From: Eledone cirrhosa
Lineage: Eukaryota
NCBI GenBank assembly: GCA_964016885.1
Contig: OZ024740.1
Span: forward strand, 246,636,001-246,700,000
Length of the DNA stretch: 64,000 bases
Direction: 5' to 3'
Translations under genes and position numbers: made by a program
Notes under the pieces: generated by a model
Told to the model about the DNA's origin: nothing
The model's input: the letters and a program-made list of their open reading frames with translations, nothing else
Databases searched by the model: none
Shown here: piece after piece, positions 25,421-38,570 of the stretch
Layout: the number at the start of each line of letters is the position of its first letter
Position numbering within the stretch: the first letter of the stretch is position 1

Positions 25421-26748
25421 GGGCGGGTAAAATTCTCGAGATCCATGGACGAGTTCTCTCCAGCGGTCTCTGTCCCTCATTATCGCTGCCATGTCCTGCG
25501 TCTCCAACATGTCCTTAGGGCATCAACATACGTTAACCTTGGTATTCCTCTTCCAGTGTGTCCATGTAGGGGCTCCCACAGGAGCACTGAGTGCAATGTC
25601 AACTCTGGATGTCGGTGAGCATGTCCAGCTAACCTCAGTCTCCTCTGTGTCACTTTTGAGCTGACTTTTGGGAGGCTCCCATACAGCTCTGAGTTTTTCA
25701 TCCTCAGTGTATACTGATTAATGTTCAGAGCCATCCTCAGCATTCTCGTGTAGCACCCATCTGAATGCGTTTCAGTGGAGGATCAGTAACATCGTCCCAG
25801 TGCCAAAGAAGGGAGATCTCTCTAACACCAACTATTACAGGAGATCTCACTGACGTCACTTGTGGCAAAGACCCTCAACAGGATGATTCTTAACAGGATC
25901 CAGCCTGAGATGGAGAAGAAACTCAGGGACAACCAGAACGGCTTCAGAGAGGGAAGATCAACCACCACTCACATCCTGATGCTGAGGAGGATATTAGAGG
26001 GAGCTAGAGCAAAGTGCCTTCCTGCGGTCATGGTTTTCATTGACTTTAGGAAGGCCTTTGATTCTGTGGACCGTTACTGCCTAATGAAGATCTTACAGGC
26101 TTATGGAATCCCCAAGAAGATAGTGGACCTGATATCACTGCTCTACACCACCAAAGCCCAAGTCATTATACCTGATGGTATGACGGAGTTCTTTGAGATA
26201 CTGGCTGGAGTGCTCCTGGGGGATATATTGGCCCCCTACCTTTTTATCATCGCAGTGCACTATTGTATGCACCTTGCGCTGGAGAAACACTAGGACTCTG
26301 GCTTTACTATAGCACGGGCTCAGAGCAGGAGAGTTAGGGCGAAAAAGATATCGGATGCTGAATTTGCTGACGACACAGTTCTGGTGACAAACACAGTGAA
26401 CGAGGCAGAGGATTTGATGCAGGAGGTGGAGACTGTATCGATGAGTGTGGGGCTGAGAATGAATGAGACTAAAACAAAATATCTGGTAGAGAATGTTGAG
26501 AAGCCAGAGGGGATCACTAATGTAGGCGGGAAGCCGCTAGAATTGGTTGAGGACTTCCTGTATTTGGGAGCAAAGATTGGGAATACGGAAGATGATGTGG
26601 TTGAGAGGAAGAGCAAAGCCTGGGCGGCGTGCCACAGTTTGAGATCGGTGTGGAAGTCGGACCTTCGTAAAGACCTGAAACTCCGCCTCTTCATTGCTGT
26701 AGTGGAGTCTGTGCTGCTGTACGGGTCTGAGACATGGACACTGACCAA
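25421..26748 (-). mobile_element. 5'-inverted copy of the 571-3812 RTE family
   Basis: 25421-25761 on minus matches ref 3478-3812; 25772-26748 on plus matches ref 2476-3458 (RT: NQNGFREGRST, FIDFRKAFDSV, EFADD). Confidence 0.9.
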
Positions 26749-26792
<44 letters not shown>

Positions 26793-27310
26793 AATATATA
26801 TATATATGTATAGATATATATGTGTGTATATATACACACACATATATATATATACATATATATATATGTATACTTAGAGAGAGATATAGATATGCATATA
26901 TTAGTGGTGGCCATGGCTTATCAATGATACTCAGGCTTAGCATAATTTTTCTTTAAAATTTAGTAAACGTACAAATTAAAGTATCATAGAAGCATTTAAG
27001 AGTTTAACTACAATTGGAGAAATTTCTCTGTGCAGCTACTTTGGAGAGACTATCCATCTCTTACATTTGACTTAAAGGGAAAATAATTTCTGAAAGATGA
27101 ATTGCAACAATTGGTATGGATATGACAGATTCTGCCCCAACCACCCAAATTTGTTTCCACAAAACTTTCTTAATAATTTACATTTTCATATTATTTTTGA
27201 TCTGCCTAAAATATCTCGGCAGTAATGAATGGCCATAAAACCTTAATCCACACAATGAGTCAATGACTTCACATGACAGCAATACTAGCCACACCTCTAG
27301 AAAAGAATAT

Positions 27311-27447
27311 AATTGTTTCTACTTTTAAGCACAAGGCCAGCAATTATCACAGTGTATTACTGGTACTTTATTTTATCGACCCCGTAAGGATGAAAGGCAA
27401 AGTTAACCTCGGCGGGATTTGAACTCAAACCATAAAGGGGCGTAACT
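27311..27447 (-). mobile_element. 5'-truncated OK-like SINE
   Basis: Homology to 9512-9694 including the B box. Confidence 0.82.
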
Positions 27448-27466
27448 CGATATAGCAGGAAGAGGG

Positions 27467-27502
27467 TCTTAACGTTTCGGACGCTAGTTCTTCATCAGAA
27501 GA
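27467..27502 (-). ncRNA. Minimal type I hammerhead ribozyme
   Basis: Minus: tctt-CTGATGA-agaactagcgtcc-GAAA-cg-TT-aaga; palindromic ACGT stem III, imperfect stem II. Confidence 0.65.
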
Positions 27503-27596
27503 AAGAATGAGAAATAAGATAGATTGAGGGGACGGGCGGGTTGGAATTGGAAAAAATGTCTCTAGATAAAAATAACAGGTCCATTCATGTTGACAT

Positions 27597-27741
27597 ATAT
27601 CGTCAATACTCATCTTTTTCCATTTATCTGAGGGTTCTAAACCCCATTATCAGGCTATAATTTCTTTAGTCAAAAATACGGTGAAAGGTATTCTATTTTC
27701 TAATTTCAAACCTGGTCACTGTTTCAAAACATACTTACTTG

Positions 27742-27829
<88 letters not shown>

Positions 27830-28365
27830 TTAGGTGTGGTAAAAAACCACACCCAACATTCATGTTGACATCTCTTGCAAAACTGTTGGTGCTGGCGTTC
27901 GCACAGATGAAAACATTGTTAAATTCCGAGGAGCCGATTTACCACGATGCAGACGCAAAGGTATTGGAAATTGAGTTTTCCGATAGGTCCCATCGGAGTA
28001 GCAATTCTAGATACTGCTCACCTGTGCATTGGCGAAACACGTATCAATTGTGTAAAAATGTTAGTCTTTTAACTGTGAAATTGTTATATTCATGTGACCA
28101 TATATATATATATATAAAGTCACATGAGTGAGACATATTGTCTTTAAAAAATGCGTTGAAATGTCCAAGACCCCCACCTTATCCAGCAACCGCACAGCCC
28201 GTTTGTTCTCATATATATATATATACGTCAATACTCATCTTTTTCCATTTATCTGAGGGTTCTAAACCCCGTTATCAAGCTAAAATTCCTTTAGTTAAAA
28301 ATACAGTGAAAGCTATATATTTTCTAATTTCAAACTCGCTCACTGTTTCAAAACATACTTACTTG
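27597..28365. repeat. Two copies of a ~145-bp interspersed repeat (27597-27741 and 28222-28365)
   Basis: cgtcaatactcatctttttccatttatctgagggttctaaaccc...tttcaaaacatacttacttg in both. Confidence 0.85.
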
Positions 28366-28387
28366 ATATATATATATATATATATTA

Positions 28388-28880
28388 CGTTTCTGAATTT
28401 GTTTAGCAAGATTCTTTATCTGAAAACGTGTGTTGAAACCGATATTGTTATACTTTGGGAGGGTCATGGTGCCAATAAGAAACACACGCACCAAATGCTT
28501 TCACTTCAATTTATTATAATAAATTTAGGAATTTATAAATTTCCGGTTGGTTGGTTGGTTCCACAACCAGATGGTTGTTTATATATTGTCAAAGTTCTTT
28601 CGTCACACATTCTGTGACCTCTTCAGTGACTGGGGATTCTTTTCTTTGTTTTTTGTGCTCTCCTTTCTTCTGTCCTACGCCATCTTGTTTTTGTGTGTGT
28701 GTTGTGTGCTTAGTTTGCGCATGTGTTACATCCGGGTGTCTGTGTGTGTTTATATTCGTTTATTTATTTGTTTATTTACATGTTACTGGTTGTTTGTTTG
28801 TACTATGTGCGTGTGTGTTTTCATTTTGTCCTTAATTGTAAGTTGTGATGTTGCTGTTCCACTCATGTTTTCTATTTAAT
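28388..28880 (-). mobile_element. HHR element family E (~490 bp); second copy at 52715-53178, fragments at 33688-33910 and 53180-53253
   Basis: High visible identity between copies; abuts (TA)n. Confidence 0.8.
28588..28630 (-). ncRNA. Type I hammerhead ribozyme (family E)
   Basis: Minus: gtca-CTGAAGA-ggtcacagaatgtgtgac-GAAA-gaac-TT-tgac. Confidence 0.78.
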
Positions 28881-28950
28881 TTTGGTTGTAATTCATTTAT
28901 GTTTATTGCCTCTGTGAATTGTCTAAACATTGCGTCTTTTTAAAAGTACA

Positions 28951-29128
28951 TCAGTCTACGAGCGCTGAGGTCGGACGCCATGTTTTCTATCATAGTTACG
29001 CCCCTTTACGTTGTGAGTTTAAATCCCACCGAGGTTAATTTTGTCTTTCATCCTTACGAGGTCGATAAATTAAAGTACCAGTAATGCACTGAATAATTGC
29101 TGGCCTTGTTCCCAAAGTAGAAACAATT
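28951..29128 (+). mobile_element. OK-like SINE
   Basis: Reverse-complement homology to 9512-9694. Confidence 0.8.
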
Positions 29129-29369
29129 ATTATGCTCATAAAATACTGCACTTCATCAGTTCGGGGTGAGGTCGCTGCATCTTGCAGAAAAGATTTTCTT
29201 ACCGCTATCTACTCAAACCTAAAGGCAACTGTTTTACACTAATAGAGATGAAGCAGAAAAGGTAGGCATGGGAGAGAGACAAGAGGTGTAAAGTAAGCAA
29301 AAATAATAAAATAAATAAAAATGAGCGAAGATAAATAAATCAAAGTAATCACTTAGAGGGTATACGTTT

Positions 29370-29435
<66 letters not shown>

Positions 29436-29545
29436 CGGTCCAGTTTACATACGGGTCACTTTTACGACCTTTCAGACCTTTATTAGCTGGCAGGAGGTTA
29501 TATATTTTGTCGTTCCTGGGACGTTTAGCCCTAGGAAGGGAAAAT

Positions 29546-29627
29546 GCTTCTCTGATGAGCTTTGGTTTTCCATCATAAATCCATCGGATTTATGAGGTTT
29601 TACAAAGCGAAACTGATCAGTAAGGGC
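29546..29627 (+). ncRNA. Type I hammerhead ribozyme with extended stem II
   Basis: ttct-CTGATGA-gctttg..tcataaatcc atc ggatttatga..caaagc-GAAA-ctgatcag-TA-aggg; palindrome ACTGATCAGT. Confidence 0.82.
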
Positions 29628-29707
29628 CACTAGGAGAGGTAAATATTTATATTATATTTTTTAATGTATTTTAAAAAATTGATTGAATTTTACTTGTTCT
29701 GCTTATC

Positions 29708-29756
<49 letters not shown>

Positions 29757-29809
29757 GCACACTTAAATATATGTATATATATACACACACTCACAAATAC
29801 CCCCCCTCC

Positions 29810-29886
<77 letters not shown>

Positions 29887-30079
29887 TATACACATATCTA
29901 TTCACGCGCACACGTACACACACACGTACGTTTATATATATATATATATACATACTTACATATACACACCCACATATACATATATATAAGAGAGTGTTAA
30001 AGTTTGCTTGAAGCATTGTGGAATATTAAAAATAGTTGTTTTGGAAGCCTCAACAATGCAGATGTGCAGATGGGTAAAT

Positions 30080-31620
30080 TTCCGGGTAACAACCTACACT
30101 GCTTCGGGCTCACCCCTACCGACATCCACCAGTTCCTGTCCGTTGTCGTTGAGAACACATATTTCAATTTTCTCGACCACACATACCGGCAGACCTCAGG
30201 GCTACCCATGGGTACAAGCCTGTCGCGTGCACTAGCGATCTCGTATATGGACAGCCTTGAATGCAAGGCATTCAACACCCGCCACCCCAACGCTGTCGCC
30301 TTCTTCTCAAGATACGTGGATGACATCCTCATCCTCACATCTTCCCGGGAGAAGGTGAATGGGATTTACGAGACGTTCAGCAATACGGACGAGAATATTG
30401 ACTTCAGCGTTGAGCACCCCAACGACGGCGGATCCCTTGCCCTCATCGACTTCCGAATCAAGGAACATGGAGGGATCAACACCAACTTCTACCGCAAGGC
30501 GGCCTGCAGGGACGTATTCATACACTACAAATCTGCCCTCCCTAACAGTGGTAAAAGAGGATACATCACAAATGAGATCATGTCGATTAAAAATAGATGC
30601 AGCGATCCTGTGAGTGGTGTCACCCACCCCAAGCGGTTCCACAGGGTGCTGGAGACGAATGGATATCCAACATCATTTGCAAAGAGAGTAAGGGACACCA
30701 GACACAAGAGGCAGACAAACGAAAGGCAAGTGTTTCCTTAAGATCCCGCACCTGGGCGAAGAAACCACCAGCGCTATCCGGAGGGCCATACGGAGGAAGG
30801 GTTTCGACGTCCACTTGGCCCACTCAGGGCCCCCCTTACGGAGATGCCTCTCCAGGAAACCCGACAAATTGGTTGACGCGTGTTCCCTCAGCAACTGTCC
30901 GATACATCAGACGAACTGTTGCTTACGCATCTGCATCGTTTACAAGATCGAATGTGACAAGTGTAATGAATTCTAAATCGGTAGCACCACCCGGCAACTA
31001 CATATCCGGATCAAGGAGCACATCAACACTAGGGTCTCGCCTTTCCGAAAACATGTAATCAAATGCGGAAGCAAAGACGTAAGGCCCATTGTCACAGTGT
31101 TAGCAACGGAACGCAGCGTTGGCACTCTAAGGATCAAGGAGGCACTCTGGATCAAACCCCTCGGACCACAAATCAATAATCAATCCAAGAGAAGTGAGAC
31201 GGGATAGCTGGTGTAAATAAATGGAACAACAACACACACACTGACAATCGAGCGATTGTTATTGTGTGTATATCGTGTCCACAACCCACCGACCGATAGA
31301 CAACAGGCAGGCAGACTACTATCACCATGCCTGCCACTGACCCCACTACCACTGACAGAACTCAGGGATTTGACAGCGATGATACGTTCACACAAACCCA
31401 CCCCACCACCCCACTACTCTAGTGTAGAAGAACTCCCTCGACCTTTGTCTGACCCCAGCTATTCCGCGTGCACACGCGTCCGATAAAGTATTTCAGTTGT
31501 ACGCACACAGTAAACAACGAAGGCCAATGGTGTCCTCCGACACAACTTTTTCCCCTTGGAAACCCCTCAGTTGATGGATGTGAAATCCGAGACATAGGGA
31601 CTATTAAATCACTTCCAAGG
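30080..31620 (+). mobile_element. 5'-truncated Penelope-like element (RT + GIY-YIG) with 3' UTR
   Basis: NTYFNF..YRQTSGLPMGTSLS, SRYVDDIL, FYRK, HYKSALP; GIY-YIG IVYKIECDKCNEF*IGSTTRQLHIRIKEH...RIKEALWI. Confidence 0.9.
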
Positions 31621-31780
31621 TAACTCTATCTCGTGTTATTATTTTTACACTTTTCCTACGTTCTCTTACGCTCTCTACGTCTCATTCTACATTTCCTCTT
31701 ACATCTCTCTCTCTCTCTCATTACCACCAGATTCTGTTACCTGGAGATTTACCCATCTGCATTGTTGAGGATTCTAAAAC

Positions 31781-31821
<41 letters not shown>

Positions 31822-31909
31822 AAAAGCAGGACCTCGACGGCAGAGCTCAAGACGTTTCGACGGCTATATCTGGACGCATATATATATATATACATATATA
31901 TATATTAAT

Positions 31910-33455
31910 AAAAGGAATTCCAACTTTGTCTGATTTACTCATTTTATTTAGAATCATTTAAAATTATAATGATATAATGAAAAAGTATGGTAGAATAAGT
32001 GTTAATTGAACAAGTACTTTCATGCTTTCGCAATCTTCAGGTTCATATTCAGTGGTGACAGTCAAGTTTGCAATTTTCAACTGTAATGAGATGGCTAAAT
32101 ATGTGCCTTATATACAGTAAAAAGGGGCTACAGAATGTTAAGTTTTGCAAGCTGCATTTCGACCAATCGGTGTGTAGTTTCACTAGATTACTAAAGCTGA
32201 TTGGTTTAGGCGTCACGGTTGGTTGAGCATGTCTAACGACTTCTATTTGACCCGATCCAAAGCATCAATTGTTTTGCTATTTTTAGAAATGATGAAAATA
32301 GCATTTTCTAGGGTTTTTATTAAAAATCTTCAGTAATCATCACCATCAACATCACTTTTATTATTATTATTGTTGTTGTTGTTGTTAGTGGTGGTAGTCA
32401 ACATGGTCGTAGGCGTAGTCATAGTAGGAGTAATACCCCCTAAGCATTATTATCGTTCATTTAGCTTGGGTTGGAATTTATCAATAACATTCTTTTCTTT
32501 AATTTTTCTCTTGATTTCACTTGGCCTGTTTAATTTGTAGAATGGAAATATTATAAATATTTTCTGACCATATGTTGCTATCTGACGGACATTTGGGTCT
32601 CTGATTTGTTGTCTGTGCACCCGTGCACGTTCCGATAGTGCATTTCCAGTTTGACCGACATATAGTTCTTCACAATTCGGGCATTTAATGCAGTAAATTA
32701 GATTTTTGCTTTTGCAGTTCATATTTGCATTTGGGAATATTTTTCCAGTTTTTGTGTTCATATATTGACCAGTATGTATGAACTGACATGTGCCACATCG
32801 ACTATCATTTGCCTTTGTTAGTAATTGCTTCAAATTTTTCGGCTGTCTTTTACTAAGAGTCGAAGATCGGTCTGTGATTAAACCTTTTAATTCATTACTT
32901 TGAGCAATGATCGGTAGGTTTGCTTTGGCAGTGTTGAAGATATTCTGGTGACATGGGTTGTGTGTCATTATAAATGGTATGACCAGTTCTTGGTTTCTTC
33001 TTCCTTGGGTTGTCCTAAGTTGTTGTATAGGTATTTATATAGCCCGCTGTATGTCATTTTCTATAAGTAGAGATGGATATTTTTGTTTGAGCAAAAATTC
33101 TCTCAGTTCTGTTTGGCGTTTGTTCCTGGTATTCGTATGTTCTACAATGGTACAAATTCTTCTGGCTAGGCAGTATGGGATGTTGCGTTTTGTATGAGGT
33201 GGATGGCACAACTTAAAATTCAGATATTGATGGGTGTTTGTGAGTTTATAGTATATATCCGTGGTAATGGTGGTGTCGTTTTTGATTACCATTATATCTA
33301 GGAATGGTAATTTGGTACTACTCATCTCTTTTGTGAATTGGGGAGATGGGTGTAGGTTATTCAGGAGGATATTGAACTCATCCAGAGAATCTAGAGATTC
33401 TGTCCAGATGATGAAACAGTTGTCAAGGTATCTCTTCCAAGACTTTTCAATGTCT
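31910..33455 (-). mobile_element. 5'-truncated Penelope-like element (RT C-terminus + GIY-YIG)
   Basis: RYLDNCF, LPFLDIMV, DIYYKLTNTHQYLNF..CHPPH; NLIYCIKCPNCEELYVGQTGNALSERARVHRQQIR. Confidence 0.9.
32007..32045 (-). ncRNA. Minimal type I hammerhead ribozyme in the 3' UTR/pLTR of the adjacent PLE
   Basis: Minus: tgaac-CTGAAGA-ttgc gaaa gcat-GAAA-gtac-TT-gttca; palindrome AGTACT; about 400 nt downstream of the GIY-YIG stop. Confidence 0.87.
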
Positions 33456-33491
33456 AAATCTCCAGTTAACAGAATCAGGTGGTAATGAGAG

Positions 33492-33556
<65 letters not shown>

Positions 33557-33906
33557 TTTCTCTCATTACCACCTGATTCTGTTACCCGGAGCATTGTTGA
33601 GGATTCCAAAACGATTATATATATATATATGGTGCCACAGCATGGCCTCAGCCAGATGGCTGGAACAGGTAAAAGAATATATATATTGATATACTTTGGG
33701 AGGGTCATGTTGCCAATAAGAAACACACGCACCAGTTGCTTTCACTCTAATTTATTATAAATAAATAAAAAAAATTAAATAAATTTCTTTAAAAAGAAAA
33801 ATTTATAAATTTCCGGTTGGTTGGTTGGTTCCCTCCCAAAGTATAACAATATCGGTTTCAACACACGTTTTCAGATAAAGAATCTTGCTAAACAAATTCG
33901 GAAACG

Positions 33907-33986
<80 letters not shown>

Positions 33987-34118
33987 ATATAGATGAGATT
34001 CTACAGGACTAGAACTGTTTCATTCTTTAGAAATCTCATCTATATTAAAACTTTTATACTCTGCAATGTATTGAGTACCTTACTTACTGTGGTTACCTCC
34101 GATTCAACCCGGAATAAC

Positions 34119-34160
<42 letters not shown>

Positions 34161-34197
34161 TTTCGCTTCAAGCATAGCTTTATAAAAATATGTTTAG

Positions 34198-34331
34198 AAA
34201 TTTCGTATTTCTAAAGAAACACGGTTTTAGGAAGCCGTAGCTATGCAAACACCGGGGCCAACGTCCTCTGGTGGTGTCCAGCAGAAGCTGGGGGCTTCCT
34301 AAAACGGTGTTTCTTTAGAAATACGAAATTT
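34198..34331. repeat. Fold-back repeat (~40-bp arms); spacer related to the flank of the HHR at 10694
   Basis: aaatttcgtatttctaaagaaacac..ttttaggaagcc / ggcttcctaaaa..gtgtttctttagaaatacgaaattt; tagctatgcaaa...gtgtccagca shared with 10630-10690. Confidence 0.75.
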
Positions 34332-34979
34332 GTTTTTTCTCATCTTCCTTGCTCAGAAGTGGAATGGAGAATGAATTCTTGTGTATAGAGAGAGAGGTGT
34401 GTGGTCATGATAGTAGCAGTAGTGTTGGTTGTTGTGTTTCTTCACAGAACAAAATTGTTTTTTGGTGGCAAAGGAAATATTCTGTAAATATGTGTGTGTA
34501 TATCTGATTGTGTTAATTGACTGGTCAAGGGTTCAAATGGGGATGGGGAATTGTAAGCTAGAGACAAATTCTATGACAGCAGTAAGGTTGTAAACGAAAT
34601 TGGAATATGGAATATTGGAATATGGTTTTAGGGAGTGTGTGTATAGTGTGAGGGTGTATATATATATAACAATAGACACATGTGTGTGTGTGTGGGGGGG
34701 GGTGTATGTGTGTGTGTGTGTGTGTGTGTGTTTTTCAGCCTGTCTGTCACAGGTCCCTTTATGGTGGGAAATTAAAAAAATAAAAAAATAAAAAAAATTC
34801 TTAAAACTTAAAAAATTCTTTCAAAAACAAAACAAAAAACAGAGCAGAGTATCAGTAGTGGCTCTCAAACAGTAACTTCTGGAATGAGCAATTTTTTTCT
34901 CTCTTATTTTCTTGTGTGTGTGTGTGTGGGGGGGGGGTATCTAATAGGGGTGGTTACATATTTAATTTTGGTTTACATT

Positions 34980-37900
34980 TGTTAATAAATAGCTTTTCTT
35001 TATTTATTCTTTGTTGTTGTGTGAAAGAATCGGAGCACTTGTAAAGAGGAGAGATTTTAAAGTTGGGTGGAGTCATTCCTGCACAGCCTGCAATGTGGCT
35101 ACTTAAGGGATTTTTTCTTGTGTTTACGTCACGGATTGTTGGCGATGGATGGTCACTCTTTTGCGTAATGACACACCCGTCTGTCCTATATAGTTATGTC
35201 GACAGCCACCGCGTGTGATTACATAGGTTCTCCGAGTTGCAAGTGAAGTTGTTTTTCACTGTGTAAGTTTGGCCATCTTTAAACGTGAATTTATGTCCTT
35301 CAATTAAGTGTAGGCATGTTCCACAGTTTGTTCTTCCGCATTATGTTACTGTGAGGCTGAAGATTGGTTTGTGTATCTTTGTTCCAGTGAGAATGTGTTT
35401 TAGTGATTTTGGTTACCTTTTGCTTTTAATGATCTTATGTGTTTCTAGGATATTTTTAATTTTTTCATCTTTAAAAAGAATGGGGAGGTTTTTGTGTAGG
35501 AGGTCGAATATTTCGGTTTTTCTGGGGTTGAACGTGGATACATATGGAAATGTGTTGTTTGTGGTCCTGTGCTTTGGATTGTTGGGTTGATGGAAATTTG
35601 CATATTTTGCTTTTTTATTCCGTTATTAATTATGTCAAGTAGGAAGACTCTTAAGGTAAGTGTGTTTTTATGTTCATTTAGTCTTTGTTCGCGTTTAACT
35701 AGGTCTGATACTATGGTGCATATACATTTGGCTAAATTAAAAGGAATGTTAAGTTTTGTATGTTTTGGGTGATTTGATGTAAAGAGGAGGTACTGTTTGG
35801 AGTCCGTGGGTTTATAAAAGATGTCTGTTTCTATTTTCCCATCTGTTTTTAAAATGAGGATATCCAAGAAGGATTTGGAGTTGGATTCCATTGTGAATTG
35901 TATGTTATTGTTAATGTTGTTTATCATATTTTGAAAAGAGTGAGTGTATTCATGTCTTCTTGCCATACTATGAAGCAATCGTCTAGGTATCTCTTCCATT
36001 GATTTTTGAGATGTGAAGGGAAAGAGTCTCCGAATAATAGAAGGGGTTGGTTGTATATTTGTTGTTCGTGGAATCCCATGACTAAGTTGGCGTATGTGAG
36101 GGCTACCTTTGTGTCCATTGCAGTCCCTGAGGTTTGTCGATATGTCGAGTCATTGAAAGTAAAGAAATTATTCTGTAAGATAAATCGGAGTCCATCAATA
36201 ATGAAGTTTTTGTTGATGCGTGTTGGTATTTCAGATAGTTGAGTGTCTAGCCAGTACTGGATTGCTGTTATTCCATAGTTATGGGGTGTGTTAGTGTAGA
36301 GGTTTACTGCGTCAAAGGAGACAAGAATAGTGTTTTCACTTACTGTTTTGGGTAGGTGGTTCATCATATCAAGGTGATCCCGTATGTAGCTCTGTATATG
36401 TTTTAGTAAGGGCTTTAGTAGGATGTCCAGGAAGTTGCTAAGTCTGTGGGTTTCACATGCAGGGCCTGCTATAATTGGACTGAGTTTTAAGTCTTCTGGT
36501 GGTGTTAATTGTATGTATTTGTTAGTTGAAGTGTCACATGCATTGTTTATGAGTTTACATTTATGTATCTTCAGTAAGCCGTAGAAAGCACTTGCATTAC
36601 ATTTGAAATGCCTTATGTATTTAAATTCTTTTGTGGTTAGGCTACTGCGGTTTTGTTGTAGTAATGCTAGGATGTTCCTCATTGTTTTAGTTTGTTTGTA
36701 GTTTACTGGGGTTTTTTATTTAGTACTTGTTGTCGTCTAAGATTTTGAGTGCCAGGTCTCTATAGTAGTCAGTTTCCATAATGACCACAGAGTTCCTTTT
36801 CTCGGCTTCTTTGATGGATATTTCAGTGTTATTTCGCAGTGTGAATAATTCTTTCCATTCGTGTTTGTAGAGGTTCGATTTCGTGTGTTTATTTGCAATT
36901 TGTTCATAGAGACAGTTGATGGTGCGTTCGCAGTAGGTGTCCAGTGCTGTGTTCCCCCCTTTCTGTGGGCAGAAATCACTTTTGTTTCTGGTTATTGATT
37001 CGTCATCAGTGTTGGTGTCATTGGAGAAGTATTCTATTAGTTTGAGTTTTCGGCAGAATTCCATGAGGTCAGAAGTTAGATTTTTGTGGTGTGGGTGTAA
37101 ATTTCAGTCCCTTACTTTGTTAATTTGTGTGTTAGTTAGTGATATCTTTGAAAGGTTAATTATCTTCGGTTTCTCATGAGTGGAGGCCATCGGGTGTGCT
37201 GGTATTTTAGTCTTGTTCCTAAAAAAAGGAATGTTGTTTTGGTTGTAATTGTAGTCTGTTTTGTGTGGGTCTGTAGTTTGTTTTTTATGAGAGTTAATGT
37301 GGTGATGGGGTGGTATCTGTTGTAGTTGTTATTGTGTAAGAGTTCTGTTATGGGTTCATGTGGTCTGGGATAATTCTTTCTGGGATGCATGGTGTTGATG
37401 TTGTGGGGTTGTTTTTTGTAGTGTTGGGGGTGATACATGTTGTAGTTGTTAATGTGGGAAGGTTTTGTTGGGATTTCATGTGGTGTGTGTGGGTTTCTTC
37501 TGAAGTGTATGGTGTTTGTGTTGCAGGTTAGTTCTATGTTGTTTTGGGGTTTGGTTTCTGTAGGAGATATTTTTGTGGATACCTATGTTGTGGTGGTTGG
37601 GTATGTTTCTTCTGCTGCAGTTGGTTGTATATGGTCTGTGTAGAGTGGGGTTTTGACTGTGGTTTATATGTGCTGGGGTTGGAAGTATGCATGTTTCTGA
37701 GGGGTTCTTGTTTTGTTTAATTTCTTTATAAAGGGGTTATCTGTGATGCATTGCTTTGAAATCCTCTTCATATTTGAGGAACCAATTTTCAGATTTTTCC
37801 CATCGTTTTTGTTCTGCATTCTCGCAGTCCTGTTTCCATGATTTAATTAAATATTGTAGGGTTGGTCCCTCAGTGTGTTTAGCACATTCTATTTCAATTT

Positions 37901-38570
37901 GTTGGTCAATATCCTGGTATTTTTGTTCATTGGAGGTGGCTCTTAATTTTAAGAGTTCTATTTCCATATTTATTTTGTTGAGTGACATTTGTTCTCGTAG
38001 TTTCCTTTGTTCAGGTTCATTAGTTAAGGGTTTTATTTGGAATTTACGGGGTAAGATTAGTGGTGTGGAGTTGATCCATTTTTCATAAATTCCAGCTTTG
38101 TTCATATTTTTCACCATATTCCAGAAAGTGAATTTTCTTGTTTTCAATTGTTTTGTCCAAAAGTGTCCAATTTTGTTTTTAATGTGGTATGAGGTTTCTT
38201 TATAAGTTTTTCCATGGAGTTACATAAGTGCTGTATGTTTAGGTTGAATTGGTTATTGGTTGTGGTAATACTGTCTTCGTTGTTATCGGCCAGTGTAGGG
38301 TTTTGTGGTTTATCAAGTTTTTCTGTAAGGATTGGGAGTTTCCCGTTTATGTCTTGTAGAACTTTAAGGATTTTCTCATTTATATTTGTAGTTGTGTTGT
38401 CAGGTTCCAGTACCATTTCCCGGATTTGTATAGTTTGATATATTAGAAAACGGAAGTAAGGTTCTATACAAAACAGTGGATATAGAGAAAAGGTGAAGTT
38501 GGAAATAGCACGGAAAATATATTTTAGGGCCTGTTTTTCATTGTTTTCCTTTCTTTGATTCGTCAAAGTG
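34980..38570 (-). mobile_element. Near full-length, frameshifted Penelope-like element (long N-terminal region, RT, GIY-YIG)
   Basis: FCRKLKLIEYF, IKEAEK..SVVIM, FYGLLKIHK, VSFDAVNLYTN, YRQTSGTAM, WKRYLDDCF, YKPTDSKQYL..SNHP, NYIGQTG..LRKRVTIHRQQ. Confidence 0.9.

Noticed and set aside
29140-29190. CTGATGA on minus, and a possible micro-exon (DAATSPRTDE)
   Set aside because: No GAAA core downstream and no convincing in-phase donor
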